The notes: generated by a model not told the origin, from the letters alone. A stretch of DNA of 64,000 nt from Octopus vulgaris (GCA_951406725.2 OX597832.1:65410001-65474000); one strand, 5' to 3'; shown: positions 37,805-50,455, numbered from the stretch's first letter. Numbers and translations are program-made.

Positions 37805-40029
37805 GCTGAACGTATAGATCCTAAAATAATTAATTTATCAAAAAGAGATCTTGACAATGATGAAATCCAACTTCTGTCAAAAGGACTGAAATTCACACCT
37901 ACACCAACAGCCAACCACCAAGAATTAAAGGAGGATATCCAAAAATTCTGTCGAAAATTACGACTTGTAGAATTCTTCGCTAACAAAAGTAATGAGATTG
38001 ATGACTCCCTAGTAAGGAATAAATCAAATTTCACCCCACCAAAAGGAAGAAATAACTACCTTGACCAATACATTGATATCCTGTCTAAATTTCCCCTTAG
38101 ACGCAATACCAATGTTAGGCCAAACATTAGCAAATCAGAGATGTCTGCATGTAAACGTATACAAAACGATCAAACAATAATAATTAAACAAGCAGATAAA
38201 GGTGGTGCAATTGTTATTATGGATACCGAATACTATAAGGATTTGGTTGAAGACCAACTGAAGGATACAACCTTCTATTGTGAAATACCCGCAAATATAG
38301 ACCACCACATCATGAAAAAGATCAACAACCTGATCTCAACACACCACAACTCAGTTACGGATAATGAAAAAGACTACATCACCAATTTCGAACCAAAACC
38401 CAGCAACTTCTACGGCTTACCAAAAATACACAAATCAAAAAATATTCAGCAGGCAGTAAAAGAACAAGAAAGTGAGTACATAAAATTATTACATCCAAAA
38501 GATCTAAAACTTAGACCTATTATAGCTGGTCCAGCATGCCCTACACACCGTCTAAGCAATTTTATTGACATTGTTTTGAAACCACTATGTACTTACATAC
38601 CAAGTTTCATCAGGGATGACATCGACTTCCTGTCCCATCTTCCCAAAACAACAGAAACAAATTCAGTTTTACTAAGTTTTGATGTGGTAAGCCTCTACAC
38701 CAATATTCCACACGATTTAGGAATAAAGGCGATTAAATGCTGGTTAGAAAAACATAGAGAAGTGATTCCCAGCAGATTCACAGTGCCATTTATATTAGAC
38801 ACAGTCAAACTTATTCTAGAAGATAACACATTCTTTTTCAATGGAAAGAATTACATCCAAATTAGAGGCACGGCGATGGGAACGAGGTTTGCTCCCGTTT
38901 ACGCCAACTCTGTAATGGGATACTTAGAACAACAACTCTACCAAGAGGTGGAGGTAAACTATGGCACTGGATTTAGAAAATATGTTGAAAAGGCATGGAA
39001 GAGATACCTAGACGACTGCTTCATAATCTGGAAGAGTTCAATATCCTCCTGAACAACCTACACCCATCTCTCCAATTTACAAAGGAGATGAGTAGTACCA
39101 AATTACCATTCCTGGATCTAATGGTAATTAAAAAAGACACCACCATCACCACAGATATATACTATAAACACACAGACACACATCAATACCTAAATTTTAA
39201 GTCGTGCCATCCACCACATACAAAACGTAACATCCCATACTGCCTAGCCAGAAGAATTTGTACCATTGTAGAAGATGCAAATATCAGGAACAAACGCCTA
39301 ATAGAACTAAGAGAATTTTTGCTCAAACAAAAATACCCATCTCTACTTATAGAAAATGGCATACAGCGTGCTATAAAAATACCCATACAACAACTTAGGA
39401 CAACCCAAGGAAGAGGAAAACAAGAAGAAGTCATACCATTCATAGTGACACACAATCCATGTCACCAGAATATCTTCAACATTGCCAAAGCAAACCTACC
39501 AATCATTGCCCAAAGTAATGAATTAAAAGACATAATCACTGATCTAGCTATGGTGCTTAGTAAAAGACAGCCTAAAAACTTGAAAACATTACTAACAAAG
39601 GCAAAATTTGACCTTAGCAACAAAGACCAAACATTCACGGTGTCTAAATGCAATGATAGCCGATGTGGCACATGCCAATTCATACATACCGGTCAATATA
39701 TAAACACAAAAACCGGGAAAATATTCACAAACGCGAATATGAACTGCAAAAGCAGAAATTTAATTTACTGCATCAAATGCCCAAATTGTGAAGAAATATA
39801 TGTAGGTCAGACGGGAAACGCACTATTAGAACGCTCACGTGTACACCGGCAACAGATTAGAGACCCAGAGGTCCGTCAGATACCTTTGAGTAACCACCTA
39901 GCAACATGTGGCCGGAAAATGTATATAATATTTCCGTTCTACAAATTACACAGCCCAAGTGAAATCGAGAGGAGAATCAGAGAAAAGAATTTTATTGATA
40001 AATTCGAACCCAAGCTAAATAAGCAATAA
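37805..40029 (+). pseudogene. Penelope RT-GIY-YIG polyprotein with a single frameshift
   Basis: Open frame from 37805 to ~39030, then a frameshift into ORF 38995-40029. Confidence 0.88.
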
Positions 40030-40522
40030 TAATAATACTTAGAGGTATTACTTCCACTGCTACGACCATGACCACTAACAACAACAACAATACTAAAGGT
40101 GATCAAGATGAAGATAGCGGGAAAATGATCTTATTTAGGGTTAAAAGTTCTATTGCCACCACCATCACCACTAGCAACAATAATTAAGGTGCTGACAATG
40201 ATGATGATGACAATTGAAATATAAAAATATAAAAATCTCTGACAAAGGATATTTACAACATTTCTAAAAATAACCCAACAATTGCTGCTTCGGCCAGGGT
40301 CAAGATACAGGACTCTTGACCTGGCCAAAAAGCGTGATGCCTAAACCAATCAGCTCAACCAACCAATCAGCTTAAGTAATTGGGTGATACTACACACTGA
40401 TTGGTCAGAATACAGTTTGCAAAACCTAGCACTCTGGAGCCTACCCAGCTGTATTTATAGCACAGAATCAATCATCTTGCTACAGTTAAAAATTGTGAAG
40501 CATGACTGTCAACACTACTACA

Positions 40523-40567
40523 TGAACCCGAAGATTGCAGAATTCAATGCATGAAAGTACTAGTTCA
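40523..40567 (+). ncRNA. Minimal type I hammerhead in the Penelope pLTR (core U4->C)
   Basis: TGAAC-CCGAAGA-T.TGCA(gaattcaa)TGCA.T-GAAA-GTAC-TA-GTTCA, with perfect stem I and palindromic AGTACT stem III. Confidence 0.7.
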
Positions 40568-40729
40568 ATCAGAATGAACATTTAACATTCTACTATTTCA
40601 TTTTATTTTATTCAATTATAATATATTATCTTATAATATATCATTATAAGATTGTAAATAAAACGTGAAAATCAGACAAGGTTGGAATTCCTTTTATTAA
40701 TATATTCTTCTATACACAATCACACACAC

Positions 40730-40769
<40 letters not shown>

Positions 40770-40823
40770 GTGTGTGTATTATGTATGTATGTATGTATGT
40801 ATGTATGTATGTATGTATGTATG

Positions 40824-40869
<46 letters not shown>

Positions 40870-40872
<3 letters not shown>

Positions 40873-41037
40873 GTTAAAGTGGACAACAACCGTTAAGGCA
40901 AGGCTATCCTATTTAGCAATTATTCATCTGCTATATCGGGAATCTGCAAGGGCTCCATAACTACCGGCTCAGTTATAACCTTGAAGCCCTAGTAATCCGT
41001 TACAGCTCTTGCATACTTTAGATCACCTGTGAACTAA
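40870..41037 (+). mobile_element. Short fragment related to the 42563-43277 element (inverted 35 bp plus downstream segment)
   Basis: ATCTGCTATATCGGGAATCTG..AGTAATCCGTTACAGC..GATCACC matches 43165-43277. The first ~35 bp are the reverse complement of ~43126-43160. Confidence 0.65.
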
Positions 41038-41056
41038 CACCCCATATTTTACACAC

Positions 41057-41139
<83 letters not shown>

Positions 41140-41164
41140 CATGTATGTATATATGTATATATTA

Positions 41165-41617
41165 TGATATGTAGAAAAATACAAACTGCGACAAGAACGC
41201 ATAACACTTAGAAGACGATACAACAAACAAAGACAGGACATTCAAAGACCTCAGTCTTCAGTCAAGAACCGGATCATCGTAGCAATTTCGGCTGATTAAT
41301 CTTGAGATTACTAGATCCGGCCAGCCCTCCAGGAAAAACTAAGCAACGAGCATTAGAAAAACTAAGCTAGGAGCGTAGATTTCCTGGAAGAAGGATCGAA
41401 TGCATACGAACACAGGGACAGCAAAACGGACGGTGCCACACGAATATAAAAAACAAAAAACAATAATGAAATACAAAAGCGATAATGGTAAAAACAGCAG
41501 GTGTCTTACGACTAATAACAGTGCAAACAAGTTTGGCTGGCGTATTTTGGAAAAATTGCCTTAACGGCGAACAAGGACAACGATGTTTTCACGGCGCTGG
41601 TCAGAGGCCGAAATGCG
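41165..41617 (-). mobile_element. Non-coding repeat-like unit between microsatellites carrying a rearranged hammerhead
   Basis: ~450-bp unit bounded by (TA)n. The minus strand is pyrimidine-rich like the other pLTRs and contains the structured motif at 41251-41326. Confidence 0.55.
41251..41326 (-). ncRNA. Candidate non-circularly permuted (rearranged) hammerhead ribozyme
   Basis: Minus strand: CCGGATC-TAGTAAT-C-TCAAGA-ttaa-TCAG-cc-GAA-ATTGCTA-cgat-GATCCGG-t-TCTTGA-CTGAAGA-CTGA. Stems III (TAGTAAT/ATTGCTA), I (TCAAGA/TCTTGA) and II (CTGA/TCAG) all pair around the core. Confidence 0.6.
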
Positions 41618-41662
<45 letters not shown>

Positions 41663-42284
41663 ATGTGTGTGTGTGTGTGTGTGTGTATACATGCACACAC
41701 TGCTGGCTGTGTGGTAATAAGTATGCTCTCCGGGCACATTGCCCTCATATCAGTACCACTGCGTTATACCTGGGAATATTGGTTTTTCCTATGCTATTCC
41801 TCCTGAATGATGAGAGGCGCTTGTTATTGGATTTGGTGCATGGAAATAGAAATCAGTCCCTAATATTTATGTATATATACAAAATATACTCACACATTTG
41901 TATATATTAAATATTATATTATTTATATATCTAGATATCTATCTATCTATCTTTACATATGAAGATTATGAGGGGTTTAGTTCGATTGTGATCTAAAAGA
42001 ATAGGTAAATTGTATACCTAGTTATAATTTAGCTTCTAATTGCGCAGCTGAGGCTGGTTATAGTGATCCGGATTGGGATCAGTTACAGCAAGTATGTATG
42101 TATATTAGAAGGAAAAGCAAAACCAAGACAGAACGAATAACGCAAGTTATTTGGAATAAATGAATTAAAGTAAGGTGAATTTGATGCCTTACACCCGTTT
42201 CTGGGATAACACAAGCGGTAGGTTACATGCCAGGCACAGGGTATTCCGTGTTCATAAACAAGGTGTCTCTGTTCGTCCCACCAA

Positions 42285-42470
42285 CATCGCTTGACAACCG
42301 ATGCTCGTGTGTGTATGTACCTGTAACTTAGCGATTCGGCGAAAGAGACCGATAAAATAAGTACTAGGGTTACAAAGAATAAGTTCTGGGCTCGATTTGC
42401 TCGACTAAAAGCGGTGTTCCAGCATGGCCGCAGTCAAATGACTGAAACAAGTAAAAGAGTAAAAGAGTAA
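42285..42470 (+). mobile_element. SINE family B, 3' half
   Basis: CGCTTGACAACCGATGCT..GCGGTGTTCCAGCATGGCCGCAGTCAAATGACTGAAACAAG(TAAAAGAG)n. Confidence 0.85.
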
Positions 42471-42490
42471 ACTAGTATATATATATATTT

Positions 42491-42560
<70 letters not shown>

Positions 42561-42626
42561 GCACAATTGTTAAACAGGCCAGCAAACATCTAATGTAGTA
42601 TACAATATAATAGGAATAAATTTAAA

Positions 42627-42680
42627 ATCTTACAGCTGTTTCTGGGATATCCCTGAGTATGGGACATTCCGTCATCAGAA
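42627..42680 (-). ncRNA. Type I hammerhead (inverted arm)
   Basis: Minus strand: CTGATGA-CGGA-ATGTCCC(atactca)GGGATAT-CCCA-GAAA-CAGCTG-TA-AGA. Confidence 0.65.
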
Positions 42681-43027
42681 ATATTCCTTCATTAGAGATA
42701 TCCCGTCATCAGAGACAATAGGGAAAATTATAGAAAATGAGAATGGTTATATTAACAAAATGACGACATAGAGGAAGGAAGTATTTCGCGTCTTTTTATT
42801 TGTTTTTGAGATGTCCACAATATAAGGATTTTAATACACATGGATATATGCAAGATTGCACTAAAAACAATAATGTTCTGGTTGCTATAACATCGGAAAA
42901 TTGAACTATGAACTTTATGCTTCTTTTCTCTTATTTCTTTCTATATCGTTATTCTTTTACTCCCTTCCTCTATATCATCCTTTTATTAATATAACCATTC
43001 TCATTATCCCTATATTTTTCCCTAGTT

Positions 43028-43081
43028 GTCTCTGATGACGGCATGTCGCATGCTCGGGAATATCCGAAACAGTTGTAAGAT
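43028..43081 (+). ncRNA. Type I hammerhead
   Basis: GTCT-CTGATGA-CGG..CC-GAAA-CAGTTG-TA-AGAT. Confidence 0.65.
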
Positions 43082-43292
43082 TTTGAATTCGTTCCAATAA
43101 TACAGTATACGTCTTGAGATGTCTACCTTGCTTTAATGTTTGTGGTCCTGTTTAACAATTATATATCTGCTGCATCGGAAATCTGTAATGGTTTAATAAC
43201 TACCGTTTTGGTGATATCTTTGGAGCCCCAGTAATCCGTCACAGCACGTACCTAATCGTTGAGATCACCGGTAAACTATGTGTGCATGTAGG

Positions 43293-43364
<72 letters not shown>

Positions 43365-44445
43365 TATTGTCCTTGCACAGAGGCCATCCGGATTCCCGCT
43401 TGTGCCGTGAACAGGGATTAATCTTCTCTCTTCGCTCTTTTACGCCATTTGTGCTCAACTCTCCCCCTTTTCATCTAACCTCCCACCGACTCCTACTTCT
43501 CTTCAGTCCTTCATCTTTTCACCCCTACTCTCTTTCCCTCCTCTTCCCTTCTTTCCCTTCTTCCTCTTCTTCCATCAACTTCTTTCTTCTTCCCTCTTCC
43601 CCTTCTCTCTTTCTCTCTGCTCCATCACTCCGTTCTCTTCCCCTCCCCCTCCTCTCCCTACCACTTCCCCTCGTTTACCCTCCCCTCCTCCTACCCCCTC
43701 ATTCTCCTCATCTCCCTTCTCCCCTCCCCCTCCCCTCCCATATTTTCTCTCCCCGTCTCACTCTCCCCACAACCCCCACTCTACCCCAACCCCCAGCCGA
43801 ACCCACACCCCACAGGGGCGTTCCCTACTCTCGCCCCCACCTCCCCACAAAATCACACCACACTACACTACACCATGCGACATTACACATCACATCACAA
43901 CACACCACCCACAGCACACCGCCCACACACCCATCCCCAAATCTTTACACCTACAGATGCATACACATATCATATCACAACACCCCACCTACACACCCAA
44001 CCCCATAGCTCCACACCCACACATACATACACACGTCCAGACCACCAGCCCTCTTTCACACGCACATACATACTCTCTTCTACACACACGCACCTTCGTT
44101 TTGGGTCACCTTCGTTTTGGAAGTCACTTGACCCTGTTATCTCCGCTACTATCCCTCTAGCGTCTAACGTGTGACCTCTGACCTCTGACCTCTGCCTGAA
44201 GTCAGAACGCCATGATAAACCGTTAGCTCCTACACGCATCTCTCCTTGTTTCTCTCGTTGTTTCTTTTCTATGTATCTTTCTGTCGAAGAGTGTAGGCTC
44301 GAAACGTAAAAGACTTGTTCTATTTCTATTCTTTAGCGCCATACTAATACATTTGTTTGTTTGTACTCCTTTGTACTCCTTTGTTTGTACTCCTTTGTTT
44401 GTACTCCTTCGACTTTTGTTTATTTTCGTAAACCTTCCCGTTATA
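43365..44445 (+). mobile_element. Penelope-like element 3' end (GIY-YIG C-terminal codons, long C-rich UTR, pLTR) in (TA)n
   Basis: SRLCREQGLIFSLRSFTPFVLN resembles the PLE endonuclease end (RE..LI..L....P.GLN). An HHR variant lies at 44276-44313. Confidence 0.75.
44276..44313 (+). ncRNA. Minimal hammerhead variant (core CUGUCGA)
   Basis: TCTTT-CTGTCGA-A-GAGT(gtag)GCTC-GAAA-CG-TA-AAAGA, with perfect stem I. Confidence 0.6.
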
Positions 44446-44474
44446 TGTATATATACATATATATACATACATAT

Positions 44475-45496
44475 TGTTATGCCGCGCACTCCACTCAGGA
44501 CCCTTAGACCCTAGGCCTTCCGGGTCGATAACGGACCCTAAGCCGCGACGACGCTCAGCGCTCAGTCAAATGAAAGCTCACCACGGAAAGCGGGGGAAAA
44601 GTGAACGAAAGCCAGAGCCAGAGACAACAACAACAACGACAGAGAGAACAGCGGAGGCAGTTGAATTTAACAATTTATATAACTTCACAAAATCAGAACA
44701 TTTCAAAACAAAAGCATTTAACTACAAGGTTAACAAACATTTAACAGATCGTACACAGAGTTAAAAAAGACAATCAATGGCATTTAGCAAAATACAACGT
44801 CCGACAACAATCAGTTGACGTTCATAGTTCGATCCTTCAAAACAAATAGTCTTTCTCTTTCTTTTCATTCTTTTTACAGTCTCTTTCTCTTTTCTTTTCT
44901 CCCCCTTCCAACACAATGTTCTTTTTCTTTTAGAAACACATCTTACAGTTCTCTTTCGTTTCCTTTTCTTTTCAGTAGATTACGTCACAGAGTCCCCCTT
45001 TTTTTACATTCAAACATCAAAGTTCAAAACATAAATAAACATTGCCGCATGTTCCTCGTCCGCAACGCTCAAAACAAAACCCCATTATATCAGTCCGAAT
45101 TCAAAATGTCTCTCTCTGCCCCCTACACTGCCATCTTCCTTACTTCCTCCCGCTCGTCAATTCTCACATTCACTGCCTGTCTTCCTCGCTTCGCCGCTAT
45201 CATCTCTTGGCTGGCTGTCCGCATCGACTGACCGTCTCTCCCAACTACTGCCTCTTGCCAACTCCTAAATGAATTCCTAACACCAAATTCCCTCGCCTTT
45301 TTAAAGGGTGGAATTTTTATTTTTTTATCACCTTTCCCTGACCGTGCTGGGATCAGAGTTCAGTCCCTGCAATGATTATTTACCGTGGCCGTTGACTGGA
45401 CAAAGAACATTTTCGTCGTCCTGAACAACTGGAGCGCCGGTTCAACTCCAACCAACGGAACTAGGGCACAATTTTCTCCTGTTGATTTACCTCCGT

Positions 45497-45500
<4 letters not shown>
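44475..45500. mobile_element. Solo LTR (~1.03 kb), probably from a Gypsy-like retrotransposon
   Basis: Inverted termini TGTTATG...CGTAACA, ATAT on both sides, non-coding, higher GC than the flanks. Confidence 0.65.
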
Positions 45501-45547
<47 letters not shown>

Positions 45548-45659
45548 CATATATATATTCAAATATATGCATATATATATATATTGCTACATACATACAT
45601 ATATATACACATATGCATATATATTTATATAGATGCATCAATGTGTGTGTGCGTGTGTA

Positions 45660-45875
45660 TGCATTTCTGAAATGTGTTTGTCCCGCAACAACACTTAAAA
45701 ATCCGGTGTTATTTCGTTTACATCCACGTACCGTAGCGTCTCTGTTTAAGAGGACGTTAGAATAAATAACAGGTTTAAAAAATATAAGTACTCCTGTCTA
45801 TTTGCTCGACCAGATATTTCTAAGCGTTGTTCCAGCATGACCTCATTCCAGTGACTGAAACAATTGAAAGAGGAA
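45660..45875 (+). mobile_element. SINE family B, 3' half, degenerate
   Basis: GTGTTTGTCCC..TTTGCTCGAC..GCGTTGTTCCAGCATGACCTCATTCCAGTGACTGAAACAA. Confidence 0.6.
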
Positions 45876-45884
45876 AGCTCCCTT

Positions 45885-47070
45885 TGTTTTTTATTACCAA
45901 CGCACCAATTACTAATAATGCTATCGTCGTACGAAGCTTCCTCATTTTTGTAATTTCAATTTGCAGATCTTTATACTGAGAAAACCCTCCGTATTCTTTT
46001 CTAGAGACATTTTGATCTTGTGGGACTGATATATCTATTACCACACAAGTTCCTCTGTTGTAGTCTTTGATCACAATATCGATTGGCAAGTTGCAAAGGA
46101 TGGTGACGCCCTCCCCATTTCCTGCAATCTCTGGATAGTGCCTGTTCACTTATCTTGGGAATTAATTTTGTAGTACTTACGAGCACTCCAGTGGATGTAC
46201 TGCCATAGTCTTTCATATCTTATGAGGTACTCCTTTGCAGCGAGGACTGGGCAGCCAGAAACAACATGATCAATTGTATCTGTGAATTTTCCGCAAATTC
46301 TGCATGAGGTGTCAAATTCATCTTTAAGAAAATTTGAATGGTAGTTTCTGGTAGGAAAGCTCCGATCCTGTGCTGCAATAACAAACCCCTATATTTTTTC
46401 TTTCAGACTTAAGCCTTGTAGCCATTGGTGTCTTGGAGTTTGATCAATATCTGGCTTGGACAGGCGGTTAGGATATTTTCCATGCAGGATTTTACTTTCC
46501 AGGTGTCTCTGATATTATTAAAGCAAACCTTCTTTAATTTTTTAATGTTTTTTTTTATCAATGAGAGGTTTGTTACTATTTCAATCTTTCTGGTCTTTCT
46601 GATTGGTAATTTCTAAATCAGGAGAAGCAATGGTAAGTCTGTCAGTATTTGGATGTCTTTGCTCATACTTATTGTTAACTTGTAGGACAACAGACGTTTT
46701 GAAATTCTGACTAAGCTTCATGACAGAAGCTTGTATGAAATCTCTATGCTTCAGTGCAGTTCGAATGAGCACATCACGTATTAAGGTACGTTTCAAAGCC
46801 TATTATTGTTGATTTGAAGATTTGTTCGAGATGTATCAGGCCTCTTCCATCTATTTTTCTGTTTACATCTGATTTTGGATGGTACATTCGGTACCTTGTG
46901 AAAATTCTTGGATCTTTCCATACATATTCTGCATGTCAATGAGACTCCACTTAATGATAACGAAGTTATATGTGGTTACTGGTATTGCCAAAGAATTGAC
47001 CGCATTACCGAGTGACGGTAAGCTAGATTGTCTGTATGTCTGTATATGGCTGTCTATTTTTTTAATTGTG
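45885..47070 (-). mobile_element. R4/Dong-clade LINE fragment (RT end, CCHC, RLE), degenerate
   Basis: Minus strand: AVNSLAIPVTTYNF..KWS, GFVIAAQD, CRICGKFTDTIDHVVSGCPVLA, IDIVIKD..VIDISVP..YKDLQIEI..LVIGAL. Confidence 0.82.
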
Positions 47071-47499
47071 AAATTAGGAAAGAAGTGAGGTGTAGATTTC
47101 AACACACGTAAAGCCGAAAGACGTTCTAAGCCGGACAAGTCTCAAAAAAAGGAGCCGTAAATGAAAAGAATTATTTGTGAAATAGAATATGTTGTAATCC
47201 TACGAAAAATAAAATCCTGTAAAATGAAAGAATCTAAACAAATGTGATTGTATATCCATTTCACATGTCACCTACATTTAAAACTAAATGCTGAAATAAA
47301 TGAGAATTTATCCAAAACAACAAAGATATTTTAAATAAAGAAGCTGCTAAGGGGAAATTCTGATGTCATTAATATTAAATATTATAAAACCTCCACATTA
47401 TACCACCTACTATGAAGAGGTAAACAATAGCCAACACGCGGACATAGATAATGAAACTTCAGCAGTTTCATCTGAGATATTAACTAGGAATGAGGCTAA

Positions 47500-48480
47500 C
47501 TGATTGTTTAGGCAATTTGTAAGGATTCACCAATTTGTAAGGATGGATAAAAGCGAAGGAATATATATTGGCGGTAAATAATAAACATGAGTAAATAGAA
47601 AATATCGCTATACTGTCAAACTAAGATCATTCATTGAGCGGTCCAACCAGCAATATATACAAACTCGGTAAGACTTTAGATATGCGACAATTGGTTTTAA
47701 AACGCAGAAGAAGCCTGATAAAAGATGACCTGGAATTCCTAAGCTGCCCATCACGGGAAAAGGATAACAATGATATTGGTATTACATCCTTTTGATACCT
47801 TAAGCATGTATGATACGATCTCACAAGAATATAAATGAGAACCAGCAGAATTGTGGCTTGAGTAATTATCTATCACAATTCAGCACTGAATAGATAAAGT
47901 TGCATTATAATTCAGTAATGATGGAATAAAATTCCTGCAATAGAATATTTTTCGTCTTCAATCGTGACATTCCCAGACAAGCTACACCACGTTTACCAAA
48001 TCAGTGAAGCTCTACCTAGAAATGCAAATATATGAATATCTTATATTAAAGTTCGAGATTAACTTTCATAAATATTTTTTATACACCTTGAAGCTTTTGG
48101 ATCAAGACATCATTCTAGGAACCCATAGTCACTCGTTCAACACAATGATTTCAAAACTCTCATTGATAATATACACAACAATATACATTCCAAAATGGAT
48201 ACAGCCAAAATCAACTCCCTTACATGGACAGTTTTAGCATTAAAACACACAGTACGAACGTTAAGCAATAACAGGGATCTATTCAATTGCAAAGGAAACA
48301 AAAAGACACATATCTTTTAAAATAGTAAAGAACATCGCCGTTTTTTGAAAATTGAAACTTGGGATAAAAGATTGAGTAAGGAGAATATCAATATAAAAGC
48401 TATACCCAACAAACTTAATCGTTAAACGAACAATACGTGACAACGAGAGAGGAGTCCAACAATGTATAAGAGGGAAAAAT
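47500..48480 (+). mobile_element. Highly decayed Penelope-like RT fragment
   Basis: Interrupted frames read SLIKDDLEFL..ITSF..ELWLE..KLYLEMQIYE, collinear with the RT at 38.6-39.0 kb. Confidence 0.4.
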
Positions 48481-48519
48481 CCTTTTCAGATACGCCCAAT
48501 ACAAACTTATACAACCGCA

Positions 48520-48556
<37 letters not shown>

Positions 48557-49001
48557 GTTTCACAGATATCAGAATCCTACAGCTTACTGTGTAACAGAAC
48601 ATAAACCATTGAAAATTGATAGTAATAAACTACCTACAGATCCAAATGATTTAAGATGTGATCCCTATTTTCCTTTTGGTGTATTAAAGCTTTGGTTTTC
48701 AAGTGTCTTAGTGGTTTGAGCGTGGTTTCTTCGCGTTTGGTTCAGTTTGATTTCTTATCACTTTAGACATTTACGGTCGACACCTTGGATTAATAGCCGG
48801 CATCAAAGGTAAAGAGTGATAGAAAATTCGTCAGTGATGTAATAATAACATAGAGCCAACTAAAGATGAAGCCGCAGTTAATTGTTTGTCTGAGTAGAGC
48901 GAACGGATGTTTAGACAAACACACACACACACACACACCCATCACTCACACACACGCACACACGTACAGATGTATATATACAAATACACGTATAGACATT
49001 A

Positions 49002-49072
<71 letters not shown>

Positions 49073-49083
49073 AATGTATACAT

Positions 49084-49115
<32 letters not shown>

Positions 49116-50052
49116 TTATACATATGTATAATTTATATATACCTATATAAACATATGCGTGTACATAAAATTGCATACAGACACAAACACCCGAATACAC
49201 ACATATATACCTATAACCACCCACACATATCATACACACGCACACATATATATCTTTGTGTGTGTGTGTATGTCTGTGCGTGTAGCTACGCGCACATATG
49301 TAATTATTGAACAGTTTATAGGTGTGAGATACATAAGAAGGATAAAGATTTTTGTTCGTTTTACTGTATGATTCATTTCAGTGCAAAGCAGCCTTTGAGG
49401 CGGTCAACTGTCAATGAGTTTGGGAAATTAAATTGATATATAAAATAAAGAACGAAAAGAGCTATAGAAAAGAAAAGAAAAGAAAAGAAGAGAAACAAAT
49501 AAAGAAAGGACATGTACATACATTACGTGGTATTAAGTAAAATAGACATTACATTTAATTGCGAGAAAGCTTCCAAGATTCTCTGATATAATGAACAGTT
49601 TGGAAACAGGTTTTTGCGAGTGCTATAAAAATAAAGTTTCTAACAAAATTACTAAAGTAAATGCGAAGTAAAATTACGTGAAATAAACTTAAAACTACTT
49701 TCTGGACTGTCAGTTATTTCTTTTCTATGTGTTGTATTTAGTGATCTAATACTATTTTTATACTTTTATATATATTTGTGTATTTTTTGTTGTAGTAGTT
49801 TTTGTGGTTTTGTGGTTTTGTGGTTTTAGTTCTCGGTAAGGTTGCTAAGATTTCTTAAGTTTATGGACTGGCTGTTAGTTCAGTGCTTGCTATAGCTCTA
49901 TAGTCGAACGTCTGGAGAGAAATAGAGAAAATTTAGTGGAATTGATGGTATACTTGAAAGAAATGCTACGAAGAAAAGAGATCTAACTGAAAAAGAAAAG
50001 AAAAATCCAAAACAAAAAGAAGACAGGAAAGAAAGAAGATGAGGATTGTGGG

Positions 50053-50410
50053 AAAGGAATTAAATAATGTTAATCGAGAGTAAAAAAAAAAGTATGGATA
50101 CATAAATACAAATACACACACACACACATACATGGATATATATATATATTTATTTTAAATTCCACATATACATGTAATACGAGTGCATACATACACACAC
50201 AGGCACACATACACATGTATATGCATGTATTTATGTACTCACATATATGATAAAAATATACATATGCAATTATACTCCATCTTCTACTTTCCATTTACCA
50301 TATAATATATACATACATATATACATATATACACACACGCATATATGTATATATATATATATGCACACATACATATTGTGAATATATAGATGTATACATC
50401 TATGTGTGTG

Positions 50411-50455
<45 letters not shown>

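Larger units (their letters stand above)
37805..40695 (+). mobile_element. Penelope-like retroelement, 5'-truncated, nearly intact RT and GIY-YIG plus 3' pseudo-LTR
   Basis: IINLS..LSKGLKFTP, ADKGGAIVIMD, FYGLPKIHK, LRPII, SFDVVSLYTNIP, GTAMG, RYLDD, LPFLD, CNDSRCGTC and NLIYCIKC..YVGQT. It starts directly after (TA)n. Confidence 0.93.
42563..43277 (+). mobile_element. Penelope-type pseudo-LTR with 5' inverted duplication (two hammerheads)
   Basis: 42565-42783 is an imperfect reverse complement of ~42958-43160, and the element is flanked by CA/TA repeats. Confidence 0.75.

Noticed and set aside
43367-44008. 213-aa Pro/Ser-rich ORF
   Set aside because: It is the C-rich low-complexity 3' UTR of a Penelope-like element. 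Only the first ~35 codons resemble the endonuclease end.
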